NCBI GenBank assembly: GCA_038231275.1
Contig: JBBRLQ010000003.1
Coordinates: forward strand, 300,340 to 364,339
Direction: 5' to 3'
Length of the DNA: 64,000 nt
Origin: Polyangiales bacterium
Lineage (GTDB): Bacteria; Myxococcota_A; Polyangia; Polyangiales; Polyangiaceae
Shown: in pieces, positions 38,136 to 47,158 of the stretch
Layout: each line of letters opens with the position of its first letter
Numbering within the stretch: the first letter of the stretch is position 1
Program-made: the position numbers and the translations under genes
The notes under the pieces: model-generated
The model's database searches: none
Seen by the model: the letters and a program-made list of their open reading frames with translations, nothing else
Told to the model about the DNA's origin: nothing

Positions 38136-39463
38136 TGCGCGTTCGCAGCTTCTCCCTCGTCTTCGCGCTCCTTCCGATCGCGAGCGCTGCACCCCTCGCC
38201 GGGTGCGGGCTCCTCGTGGGCGTCGACTGGGATCGCGTCGCGCAAACCGACGCAGGGAACACCGTCTATCTGCCCGACGGCGCGCCCGCTCCGCCTGGCT
38301 ACATCCCGCCCGGCACCGATGGCGGAGGCGACGGCGGAGATGGCGGAGGAGTCGGCGGCGACAGCGCTCCTCCGACGTGCTCGCCTCCGAAGATCACCTG
38401 CGTGCAGGGATGCTGCGACGACGACGTCGATCCGGGCCTCCCGACCGCGGTGACCGCCGGACAGAGCAACACGTGCGCGGTGACCTCTACCGGCAAGGTC
38501 CGCTGCTGGGGCTCGAACGTCGTCGGACAGCTCGGGCGCGGCTCCGGCCCTGACTCGCTCGTCCCCAAGACCGCCTATGGAATGCCCTCGGGCGCGACGC
38601 AGGCGATCATCGGCTCCGCGCACGGGTGCGCCGTCGTCGGCAACCTGGTCGGATGTTGGGGCGCCAACGGCAGCGGACAAGTCGGCTTCGACGGCACCCC
38701 CGCGTCGCTCGGCCTCGAGACGCCCGGCCGCGTCCAGAAGATCACAGGCAGTGTCATCACCCTCGCCGTCGGCTCGAATTTCAGCTGCGCCACCGTCGAC
38801 GGCACCGCGTACTGCTGGGGCGACAACGCCGACGGCCAGCTCGCGACCGATCCGAGCACCTACCGCTCGAGCACGCCGCTCACGATCGCGCAGCTCGGCT
38901 CCGGCGTTCAGTCGGTCGGCGCCGGGAACAACGAAGCGTGCGCGGTCGTCGCGGGCGGTGGCGTCACGTGTTGGGGCGGCTCGAACAATCCTCCTACGCC
39001 GGTCGCCGGAATCACCGGCGCGAGCAAGATCGCCGTCGCGCCCCTCTTCAAGTGCGCGCTCGCCGGCGGCACCGTCCTCTGCTGGGGGGACAACTTCTAC
39101 GCCGAGCTCGGAAACAACTCGTCCGACTGGGTCACGCCGAAGCCGCCGACCGGCTTGCCCACCGACGTCACCCAGCTCGCCATCGGCGGCACGCACGGCT
39201 GCGCGCTCTCGTCGGGCGAGATCTGGTGCTGGGGCAACAACCCCTACGGCGAGCTCGGGCGCGATCCCGTCAGCGTCTCGAAGGCGCTCCCCGCGAAGGT
39301 GCCCGGCGTCACCGGCGTCATCGGCATCGCCGCCGGCGATAACCACACGTGCGCGCTCCTCGGCAACAACACGCTCAAGTGCTGGGGCAGCAACGGCGTC
39401 GGTCAGCTCGGAAACGGCACGAAAGACAGCGGTCCCACGCCGGTCACGGTCACCTGGCCGTAG
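38135..39463 (+). CDS. RCC1-repeat beta-propeller lipoprotein
   Basis: MRVRSFSLVFALLPIASAAPLAGC lipobox. At least seven repeats of C(A/W)GxNxxGQLG. Confidence 0.8.
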   Translation: MRVRSFSLVFALLPIASAAPLAGCGLLVGVDWDRVAQTDAGNTVYLPDGAPAPPGYIPPGTDGGGDGGDGGGVGGDSAPPTCSPPKITCVQGCCDDDVDPGLPTAVTAGQSNTCAVTSTGKVRCWGSNVVGQLGRGSGPDSLVPKTAYGMPSGATQAIIGSAHGCAVVGNLVGCWGANGSGQVGFDGTPASLGLETPGRVQKITGSVITLAVGSNFSCATVDGTAYCWGDNADGQLATDPSTYRSSTPLTIAQLGSGVQSVGAGNNEACAVVAGGGVTCWGGSNNPPTPVAGITGASKIAVAPLFKCALAGGTVLCWGDNFYAELGNNSSDWVTPKPPTGLPTDVTQLAIGGTHGCALSSGEIWCWGNNPYGELGRDPVSVSKALPAKVPGVTGVIGIAAGDNHTCALLGNNTLKCWGSNGVGQLGNGTKDSGPTPVTVTWP

Positions 39464-39524
39464 ACCTGGGCGCAGACCTGGCCGTCGCCGCGAAAAAGGG
39501 TGATACCGTCGGTTTTGCCGCCGC

Positions 39525-42305
39525 ATGGTCAAGCGCAAGGTCTCCCTCAACGGCGACGGTCCGAGCCCGGGCACTCTCGGCGCGGGGGACAAGACCGCGC
39601 GTGACGGCGCGAGCGCGGCGCCGTCGAACGTCGTCCTCGAGCTGTTCTTCGACACCGGTCTCGTCTTCCACGAGGTGCCGCTCCCGAACGGCCTTCCCGA
39701 CATCGTCAGCGGCTTCATGGTGATGAAGGACGCCGTCCAGCGCGGCGGCGCCGACACCTTCAGCGTGCGTCGCGCCGCCGCGGGCGAAGAGCCCGACGTC
39801 GAGGTCAGCGCGGTCGAGCACCTGTCGGAGCTGATGAACCGCTGGCTCCCGGTGCCCTACCAGCTCTCGTGCCCGTACGCCGTCCAAGTGTTCTTGTCCG
39901 GCAGCGACGAGGGCGTGCGCGCGATGCTCGCGATCGACACGTACGCCGAGCCCGACTCGAAAGGACGTCACCTCGATCCGAAGATCGACGAAGGCCGCCC
40001 GTTCCGTCCGCTCGATCGCACCGAGCACGCGCAGTTCCTCGACCAGACCGAGACGCGCGAGCTCGTTCGCAAGCTCGAGAAGACCGGGATGGAGAAGGCG
40101 CTCTTCAAGGTCGCCGCGCTCCTCGAGACGATCGGACCGATGCTCCCGCGCCTCCAGCTCCACACGCTTCAGTCGCGCCCGCAGATCCCGGTGTCGCTCG
40201 TCGTCGACTTCGGCAACTCACGCTCGACGGCGGTGCTCTGCGAGGCGCGCGAGAAGGGGATGTTCGCCATCCCGCTCGAGATGCGCTCGTCGCAGAATCC
40301 GTTCCTCGTTCACGAAGAGACGTTCGACTCGCGCGTCACGTTCCTCCCGAGCGCGTTCGACAAATCGGTCTTCCCGGTCGGCGTCGCCGAGTCGTTCGCG
40401 TCGCCGTCGATCGTGCGCATGGGCCGCGAAGCGCTCGATCGCGCGCTCGAGACGCCGCACCGCTACCAGTGCACCCTCTCCGGCCCCAAGCGCTATTTGT
40501 GGGACCACCGCCAGACCGACGACCGCTGGTATTTCGCGGCAAAACAGGACGCCGAGTACAAACCCGTCTTCGGGCGCATCCTCAAGTACGTCCCCGAGGA
40601 GCACGGCGGGCTCATGCTCCGCCAGGACGGCCCCGCGGTCCCCGCCGATCCGCGCTACGCCCCGCGCGCCGTCATGCTGTTCGCCGTCGCCGAGATCCTG
40701 GCGCAGGCCTACGCCCAGATCAATTCGCCATCCTACCGCGCCTTCCAGGGCAAAGAGCAGAACGGGCGCGTCCTCAAGCACGTCGCGTTCACCTTCCCGT
40801 CGGCGATGCGCAAAGAGGAGAAGGACGTCTACGAGGCGCTCGTCCGCAACGCCGTCATCCTCGCGTCGTACGTCCTCAACATCCGCCCCGAGCACCAGCC
40901 CAACTTCACGCCCGACGGTGGGCAGGGGCGCTACGACGATTTTCTCTTCGTCGACGAGGCCCTCGCCGCGCAGATGGTCTACGTCTTCCAGGAGGTCTCG
41001 CAGAGCTACTCCGGCAGCATGGAGGACTTCGTCGGCGTCTACGGCCAGAAGCCGGGCTCGGTGCGCATCGCGTCGGTCGACATCGGCGGCGGCACGAGCG
41101 ACGTGATGATCGCCGAGTACGAAGACAAGATGGCCGGCGCCGGCACCAGCCTGTCGATCAAGAAGCTGTTCCAGGACGGCGTCTCGATCGCCGGCGACGA
41201 GGTTTGCCGCGCGATCGTCGAGGACGTGGTCTTCTCGCAGATCCTCCAGCAGCTGCCCACGGCCGGCGCGCGCGCGAAGCTGGTGCATCTCTTTGGCGAG
41301 GGCGACGCCGGGCACGGACACTCGTGGCGAACGCTGAAGGCCAAGCTGGTCCCGTATTTTTGGCTGCCCCTCGCGCGCTGCTACTGGGCGCTCGCCGAGG
41401 GGTTCGAGATCCCCGAGCACAACGACGAGAAGCTCTACAGCGTCGACGAGATCTTCCGCGTCTTCCAGAGCCCCGCGTACTCGCACGCCGTCCTCGCCGA
41501 GGCCGATCGCTTCCTCGCCGAGACCGTCCCCGAGTTCCCGGGCCTCCTCAATTTGTTCTTCCGCATGGGTCGCGCCGAGGTCGAGCGCGCGATCGAGGGC
41601 GTCCTCCGCGAGCCGCTCCGTCGCTACGCCGACATCATCGCGCAGTTCGACGTCGATCTCCTCGTCCTCGCGGGCCGCACCTCGGCGCTCAAATGCGTGC
41701 GCAACATCTTCGTCCGCGAGATGCCGGTCGCCGCGCCGCGCATCAAAAACATGTCGAGCTACAAAGTCGGCGACTGGTACCCGGCGAAGTGGCAGGCCCT
41801 CGGCTTCATCAAAGATCCGAAATCGACGGTCACAGCGGGCGCGACGGTGCTGCACCTCGCGAGCAAGAATCGTCTGCCCGGGTTCTCGCTCGACGGCATC
41901 ACGGAGCTCGTACAAAAGCCGATCTACGGCCTTTATCAAGACGTCGAGCCGCACATCAGCTACGCGAACGAGCTCTTCAAGAAGGGCAAAATCTCGGACC
42001 CGGTGCCGTACACGACCGGGATGGTGATCGGCTTCCGCAACGTCGCGTCACAAGAGATGGACGGCTCGCCGCTCTTCGAGGTGCACCCCGCGAACAAAGA
42101 CGTCGAGCAGGCGCTCCTCGAAGATCGCGTCGCGCTCAAGTTCGAGCTGACCGACAAGGGGCAGATCTTGGTCAACGACGTCGTCTCGCAGAAGGACGTG
42201 TACTCGTTCGGCAAGGACGACTTCACGCTCATGCTGAAGACGGTGACGAGCGATCGCTACTGGCTCGACACCGGCGTCTTCAAGAACGTGACGAAGTACC
42301 TCTAG
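39525..42305 (+). CDS. large actin/Hsp70-superfamily (ASKHA) ATPase-like protein; architecture reminiscent of the SrfB family
   Basis: 926 aa. VVDFGNSRSTAV (phosphate-1 DxGxS/T) and ASVDIGGGTSDVMIAE (phosphate-2 DxGGGTxD) are spaced as in actin-fold ATPases. No signal peptide. Confidence 0.55.
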   Translation: MVKRKVSLNGDGPSPGTLGAGDKTARDGASAAPSNVVLELFFDTGLVFHEVPLPNGLPDIVSGFMVMKDAVQRGGADTFSVRRAAAGEEPDVEVSAVEHLSELMNRWLPVPYQLSCPYAVQVFLSGSDEGVRAMLAIDTYAEPDSKGRHLDPKIDEGRPFRPLDRTEHAQFLDQTETRELVRKLEKTGMEKALFKVAALLETIGPMLPRLQLHTLQSRPQIPVSLVVDFGNSRSTAVLCEAREKGMFAIPLEMRSSQNPFLVHEETFDSRVTFLPSAFDKSVFPVGVAESFASPSIVRMGREALDRALETPHRYQCTLSGPKRYLWDHRQTDDRWYFAAKQDAEYKPVFGRILKYVPEEHGGLMLRQDGPAVPADPRYAPRAVMLFAVAEILAQAYAQINSPSYRAFQGKEQNGRVLKHVAFTFPSAMRKEEKDVYEALVRNAVILASYVLNIRPEHQPNFTPDGGQGRYDDFLFVDEALAAQMVYVFQEVSQSYSGSMEDFVGVYGQKPGSVRIASVDIGGGTSDVMIAEYEDKMAGAGTSLSIKKLFQDGVSIAGDEVCRAIVEDVVFSQILQQLPTAGARAKLVHLFGEGDAGHGHSWRTLKAKLVPYFWLPLARCYWALAEGFEIPEHNDEKLYSVDEIFRVFQSPAYSHAVLAEADRFLAETVPEFPGLLNLFFRMGRAEVERAIEGVLREPLRRYADIIAQFDVDLLVLAGRTSALKCVRNIFVREMPVAAPRIKNMSSYKVGDWYPAKWQALGFIKDPKSTVTAGATVLHLASKNRLPGFSLDGITELVQKPIYGLYQDVEPHISYANELFKKGKISDPVPYTTGMVIGFRNVASQEMDGSPLFEVHPANKDVEQALLEDRVALKFELTDKGQILVNDVVSQKDVYSFGKDDFTLMLKTVTSDRYWLDTGVFKNVTKYL

Positions 42306-42319
42306 AGAAGGAGTCGCGC

Positions 42320-42940
42320 GTGAACGATCCGGCGATTCGCACGCTCCTCGACGCGCTCGCCGGCGTCGTCGACGCGGAGGCGCTGAAGGCCGAGATGCGC
42401 GCGTACCTCGGCGATGCGCCGGTCGCGTCCGAGAAGCCAGCGCCGGCGGAAGGGAGCGGGCGCTTTCTCTTGCAGGACATCTTGGACGACTCGATCTTGG
42501 GCGCGAAGTCCGGGGACAAATCGTTCCCGCTGCGCCTCCTCTTCAGCGAGCTCGCGACGCGCGCGGGTGAGCAAAAGGAGGAGACCGCGTTCACGCTGCT
42601 CTGCGCGCTCAACGTGTACTTCCGCGTCGACGCCGACGACGAAGTGAAGATGCGCCTCGGCCACGAGGTGAGCCGCCTCTATTACCGCTTCATGGACGAG
42701 GCGCGCCCCGAGGGGCTCGCGCCGGTGCAAGTGTCGGGGCTCGTCGCGGCGCTTCTCTCGACCGAGCTCTCCCGCGTTCGCCTCGAGGCGGTCGATCACG
42801 CCGCGACGTTCGACTCGCAGACGCACGAGCGCGCCCCAGGCTCCGATCCCGCCTCCGGCACGGTGCGGCGGCCCCTCTCGTTCTTGTGCCGCGTCACGCA
42901 GACGGGGATGGTCCGCATCAAGGCCAGCGTCGCGACCTAA
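42320..42940 (+). CDS. hypothetical protein (206 aa), apparently translationally linked to the upstream ATPase-like gene
   Basis: GTG start 14 nt after the upstream stop with AGAAGGAG SD. Balanced composition. Confidence 0.5.
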   Translation: MNDPAIRTLLDALAGVVDAEALKAEMRAYLGDAPVASEKPAPAEGSGRFLLQDILDDSILGAKSGDKSFPLRLLFSELATRAGEQKEETAFTLLCALNVYFRVDADDEVKMRLGHEVSRLYYRFMDEARPEGLAPVQVSGLVAALLSTELSRVRLEAVDHAATFDSQTHERAPGSDPASGTVRRPLSFLCRVTQTGMVRIKASVAT

Positions 42941-42993
42941 ATCGAGAAAAAGACGACCGACGGCTTCACAAACCCCTGCGCGCGGCGTCTGCC

Positions 42994-43665
42994 ATGGCGA
43001 GGGGGGCAGCCTTGGACGACGATCGACCATCCGAGCCCCCGGCCATCGGCAAGCTCGTCATGCTGCGCCCGCAGCCGGGGCTGCCGAACCGGGAGGACAG
43101 CGAAAAGAGAATCCGCACGCTCGTAGAGGCGGGGGACCTCGGCACCGCGGTGACTGGGTCGCTCCGGCTCTACGGGGCCGAGGTGTATGGGTTCATCGCC
43201 GCGCTCATCGAGGTGCCGGCGTTCGCGCGCCAGGTGTACGTGGCGATGGGGGAGCTGGTGTGGGCCGGCCTCCCGATGTTCGAGTGGCGCTGTGACTTGC
43301 GTACGTGGATGTACGGCATCGCGCGGCGGTCGATCGCCAGATACCGCGCCGAGTACGGATCGCCGACCAACGTGCTCTTCACCGAGGCGCCCCGGGCTCC
43401 GAGCTCGGGGCCGGTCCGCCAAAAGGCGTTCCGCGGCCTCGTCGCTGGCCTCCGCCGGAAGCTCGCGCCCGAAGAGCGGGAGCTCCTCATCTTGCGCGTG
43501 GACCGCCGGCTCTCCTGGTGGAGCATCGCCGTCACGAGCATCGGCGAGGGCGCCGGGGACGACGCGCTCGCCCGCGAAGAGCGCCGCCTCCGGGTGGCCC
43601 TCGCCTGTCTTCGGGAGAAGCTCGCCCAGATCGCCAAGGAGCACGGTATCCTCGCCGCGCGGTAA
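42994..43665 (+). CDS. ECF-family RNA polymerase sigma factor
   Basis: FEWRCDLRTWMYGIARR (region 2.x) and ELLILRVDRRLSWWSIA (region 4 HTH). Stop lies 5 nt before the kinase ATG. Confidence 0.7.
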   Translation: MARGAALDDDRPSEPPAIGKLVMLRPQPGLPNREDSEKRIRTLVEAGDLGTAVTGSLRLYGAEVYGFIAALIEVPAFARQVYVAMGELVWAGLPMFEWRCDLRTWMYGIARRSIARYRAEYGSPTNVLFTEAPRAPSSGPVRQKAFRGLVAGLRRKLAPEERELLILRVDRRLSWWSIAVTSIGEGAGDDALAREERRLRVALACLREKLAQIAKEHGILAAR

Positions 43666-43670
43666 GGCCG

Positions 43671-45752
43671 ATGAGAGGGGACAACGCAAACCGGACGCCC
43701 GAGGTTCTCTCCTCGGGCGGGGAGTACGACGACTTCCTTCAGGCGGTCGCGCACGCGCCGGCGCGCAAGCCTCCGCCGGACGTGCCGCTCGGGAGCCGCT
43801 GGGGCGACGGGGATCGCTACATCCTCGAGCGCCGCCTCGGTCGCGGCGGAATGGGCATCGTGTACGCCGCGACGGACACGCTCCTCGGCCGGCTCGTCGC
43901 GCTCAAGGTGCTCGACGGTCAGGTCGCCAGCGAGGTCGGCGCGCACGCGCTCCTCCGTGAGGCGCGCCTCGCCGCGCGGATCGAGCACGAGCGCGTCGCG
44001 CGCGTCTACGACGTGGGAGAGCACGAGGGGTCGCTCTTCGTCGCGATGGAGTTCGTGCGCGGGCAGACGCTGCGCACGTGGATGACGGGGCGCCGCGTCG
44101 AGCGCCCGCACGCGATCTCGATCGCGACGCAGATCGCCGAGGGCCTCGCCGCGCTCCACGAGACCGTCGTGATCCACCGGGATTTGAAGCCCGAAAACGT
44201 GATGCTGTCCGAGCAGGGCGGCGTGAAGCTCCTCGATTTCGGGCTCGCGCGGCACGCGGCGGAGGCGGCGGAGGCGGCAGCGGCCAGTGCAGCGGGGGTG
44301 GCAGGGCAGGGCGAGGCGCGGCCCGAGACGCGCCGCAGCGTCATCTCGGGCACGCCTGGATACATGGCGCCGGAGCAGCGCAACGGAGCGCCGAGCGATC
44401 CGCGCATCGACGTCTACGCGCTCGGCGTCGTCCTCTACGAGCTCGTGTGCGGCGAGCGTCCATTTCGCGGGCGCACGCTCGAAGAGATCTTCGCAGCAGC
44501 GCAGCGCCCGCTCCTCTTCGACGGGGAGTCGTGGCAGGGCACCGCGCCGGCGCTTCGCGCGTTCATCGCAAAAGCGGTCGCCGTGGATCCGCGCGAGCGC
44601 TACGCGGACGGAGTCTCCGCGCTCGTGGCCCTGCGTGCGCTCGTGGGTCCCTTCGCCGCAGTCCCGATCCCGGAGACGTTCTCGCAGCTGGGCATCGCGC
44701 CGACGATCTCCGTGCCGTACGAGCCGCAAGCGCCCGCTGCGCCTGCCAAGCGCCGCTGGAAGACTTGGAAGACGATGGTCGCCGCAGCGCTCGTCGTTGG
44801 CCTCGGCGTCGGCGTCCTCACGGGCGCGCGCGCACGAAGGAGCGGCCTCGCGCTTCTGCCTCCGCCGCCGGGCATGGCGTGGATCGACGTCGGCACGATC
44901 GAGGTCGGCCGCTCGCGCGCGCAGATCGAGCGCGAATGCGCGGAGATCGGCCCGACCTGCAACAAAGAGCGGATGGAGCGCGAGATCCCCGCCGCCTCCG
45001 CGATCGTCGCGCCGTTCGCGATCGATCTCCACGAGCTTACCAACCAGGAGCTCGCCGACGCGCTCACCAACATGAACCCGATGCTCGTCGTGAGCGACGA
45101 CGACGAGGAGCACTACCCGCGCTACGTGAAATGGGCGCAGGTCGTGGGGCGCAGCGAGGTGCTCGTCGATCTCCATCGGCGTCGCGGCGGCGTGCAGTTC
45201 ACCGAGAGCAAGCGCGCGATGCGGCCGACCAAGAGCTTCGAGCCGGCCCCGGGGCACGAGCGTGAGCCTGCCGTGCAGGTGACGTGGTTCGGCGCGCGCG
45301 CGGTGTGCGCGGCGCTCGGCAAGCGCCTGCCGACGGAAGACGAGTGGGAGGCGGCGGCGCGCGGTCGGGAGGATCGCCGCTTTCCGTGGGGAAACGAGCT
45401 CCCGCGCTGCAACGGCGTCGTCGTTCCGCGTGACGGGCTCGTGCCGATGGATCCGTCGTGCCCGGAGTCGGTCTCGCTCCGCGCCGTCGGCGAAGCGTCG
45501 CAGGACGTGACGCCACAGGGCGTCCTCGACCTCGGCGGCAATGTCACGGAGTGGACCGACTCGGCGTACGTCGAGGGAAACCGCGCCGAGCGCGTGGAGT
45601 CGACGCGCGCCGATCTCCCGAAGGTGATTCGCGGGGGCTCGTGGGCGGCGTCGCTCCTCGCCCGCACGAGCGGCCGAACGCGCCGCGCCGCCGACTTTCT
45701 CGGTGGGAACTTGGGCTTTCGGTGCGCCGTGAGCCGCGACTCGAAAAAATAG
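43671..45752 (+). CDS. Ser/Thr protein kinase, single TM, with C-terminal FGE-sulfatase (SUMF1-like) domain
   Basis: RRLGRGGMGIVYAATD, VALKVL, HRDLKPENVM, DFGLAR and GTPGYMAPE are Hanks subdomains. TM WKTMVAAALVVGLGVGVLTG. C-terminal RGGSWAAS...GFRCA is the FGE-sulfatase motif. Confidence 0.85.
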   Translation: MRGDNANRTPEVLSSGGEYDDFLQAVAHAPARKPPPDVPLGSRWGDGDRYILERRLGRGGMGIVYAATDTLLGRLVALKVLDGQVASEVGAHALLREARLAARIEHERVARVYDVGEHEGSLFVAMEFVRGQTLRTWMTGRRVERPHAISIATQIAEGLAALHETVVIHRDLKPENVMLSEQGGVKLLDFGLARHAAEAAEAAAASAAGVAGQGEARPETRRSVISGTPGYMAPEQRNGAPSDPRIDVYALGVVLYELVCGERPFRGRTLEEIFAAAQRPLLFDGESWQGTAPALRAFIAKAVAVDPRERYADGVSALVALRALVGPFAAVPIPETFSQLGIAPTISVPYEPQAPAAPAKRRWKTWKTMVAAALVVGLGVGVLTGARARRSGLALLPPPPGMAWIDVGTIEVGRSRAQIERECAEIGPTCNKERMEREIPAASAIVAPFAIDLHELTNQELADALTNMNPMLVVSDDDEEHYPRYVKWAQVVGRSEVLVDLHRRRGGVQFTESKRAMRPTKSFEPAPGHEREPAVQVTWFGARAVCAALGKRLPTEDEWEAAARGREDRRFPWGNELPRCNGVVVPRDGLVPMDPSCPESVSLRAVGEASQDVTPQGVLDLGGNVTEWTDSAYVEGNRAERVESTRADLPKVIRGGSWAASLLARTSGRTRRAADFLGGNLGFRCAVSRDSKK

Positions 45753-45764
45753 GAGAATCGAACG

Positions 45765-46121
45765 ATGTCCGCGAAGAAATCGAAGAAGACCACCAAGAGC
45801 CACGCGATCCTCTCTCTTCGCCCGCGCCCGTTGCCTCCGGGCAAGCGCGCGACGATCGCGACGAAGTCCGGCTTGCCGACGTGCATCGTCCTCGCGCCGG
45901 TCGGCGTGGGCCCCAAGGGCGGGATCGCCTTCGCGATCGCGCTTCGCGTCGGTCCGTCCGCCGGCAAGGTGACCTTCGTGCCGCGAGGCAAAGAGACGCT
46001 CGTCGTGGACGCGAAGGAGAGCCCGTCCGCCGCCGCGCTGCAGGCCTTCCTGCGCAAGGTCTGGGACAAGAAGGGCGGGGAGCCGCCGATCGTCGTCGAC
46101 AACAGTCACGGCCACTCCTAG
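45765..46121 (+). CDS. hypothetical small basic protein (118 aa)
   Basis: MSAKKSKKTTKSHAIL... SD AGGAGAA upstream. 12-nt gap from the kinase and 8-nt gap to the peptidase-like gene. Confidence 0.5.
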   Translation: MSAKKSKKTTKSHAILSLRPRPLPPGKRATIATKSGLPTCIVLAPVGVGPKGGIAFAIALRVGPSAGKVTFVPRGKETLVVDAKESPSAAALQAFLRKVWDKKGGEPPIVVDNSHGHS

Positions 46122-46129
46122 GCGCACCC

Positions 46130-47158
46130 ATGAGCCAACGCTGGTCGCTCCTCCTCTACATGACCGCGAGCCCGCGCCTCGCGCCGCACGCGCAGGACAC
46201 GTTGAAGCGCCTCGCCGCCGCGCAGCCCCCCACTGGGCTCGATATCTCGGTGCAGCTCGACGCGCGCGGAAAGAAAAAGCCGGCCCGCTACCGTATCGTC
46301 AATCGACGGGCCGTCCAGGAGCCGTCCTCGTGGCGGTACCGTCCGCGCGTCGCGCTGCGCGACTTTCTCGATTGGGGCCTCCCGAAGGGGAAAAAAGGGC
46401 GGTCCGCGCTCGTCATGTGGGGCGAGGGGGGCGGCTGGATTTACCCCGCGGGCCTCTACGACGCGCCGGGTCGCGCGCTCATCGACGCCCAGCTCCACGA
46501 CGCGATCGCAGGATCGCACGCGGGCCGTGTCGACGTGCTCGGCTTCGACGCGTGCCTCATGGGCATGGTCGAGATCCTCTACGGCGCGCGCGATCTCTGC
46601 CGCGCGCAAGTCTCGTCCGAGACGTTCGTCCCGCTCTCGGGGTGGCCGTACCGCGCGATGCTCGAGGCGCTGGTGCGCAAGCCCGCGACGACCGGCGTGG
46701 CGTGGGCCGAGCGCGTCGTGCCGTGCGTGAAGACCGTGCGCGCGTCGTCGACGTTGGCCGCGTTCGACGCCGCGCGCGCCGACGCCGTGGCCGCCGCCTT
46801 TCGCGTGCTCGCGCGAGAGCTCCGGCGCGTCCCCGCCGCTGCCCGCCCCGAGCTCGCCCGCGCCCGCGCAGACATGCTGCACGTCGGCAACCCGTACTTC
46901 GTCGACGTCCTCTCGATGCTCCGCTCGATCGAGCGCTGCGTCGCCGATCGCAAGGTCGCCGCCGCCGTCATCAAGGTGCGCCGCGAGATCGTCCGCGCGC
47001 GCCTGGCGGTCGCCTCCTCCGGCTCCGACAACCGCGCGATGACCGGCCTCTCGATCTTCTTCCCCGAGACGAAGACGACTTTCCTCGCGCCGTATCAGGA
47101 GCTCGCGTTCGCCAAGAAGACCGGCTGGGGGGCGTTCCTCACCCGCTACCTCAAATGA
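46130..47158 (+). CDS. clostripain-like (peptidase C11 / caspase-fold) protein; expected catalytic His position appears to be Glu
   Basis: LVMWGEGGGW ...(about 50 aa)... VDVLGFDACLMGMVE. The FDACLMG block matches the C11 catalytic-Cys motif. The usual HG(x)G block reads GEGGG. No signal peptide. Confidence 0.55.
   Translation: MSQRWSLLLYMTASPRLAPHAQDTLKRLAAAQPPTGLDISVQLDARGKKKPARYRIVNRRAVQEPSSWRYRPRVALRDFLDWGLPKGKKGRSALVMWGEGGGWIYPAGLYDAPGRALIDAQLHDAIAGSHAGRVDVLGFDACLMGMVEILYGARDLCRAQVSSETFVPLSGWPYRAMLEALVRKPATTGVAWAERVVPCVKTVRASSTLAAFDAARADAVAAAFRVLARELRRVPAAARPELARARADMLHVGNPYFVDVLSMLRSIERCVADRKVAAAVIKVRREIVRARLAVASSGSDNRAMTGLSIFFPETKTTFLAPYQELAFAKKTGWGAFLTRYLK

Noticed and set aside
38051-39757. 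568-aa minus ORF and other Arg-rich frames over 38203..39503
   Set aside because: Overlap the RCC1 gene, which has a clear repeat signature. Arg/Gly/Ala artefacts.
39869-42300. Upstream 810 codons of track ORF 39869..42940
   Set aside because: Out-of-frame overlap with the SrfB-like gene and extremely Arg-rich. Only the last 206 codons, from the GTG at 42320, look genuine.
43170-46127. 985-aa minus ORF
   Set aside because: Antisense to sigma, kinase and P118 genes. R/A/G/E/L composition.
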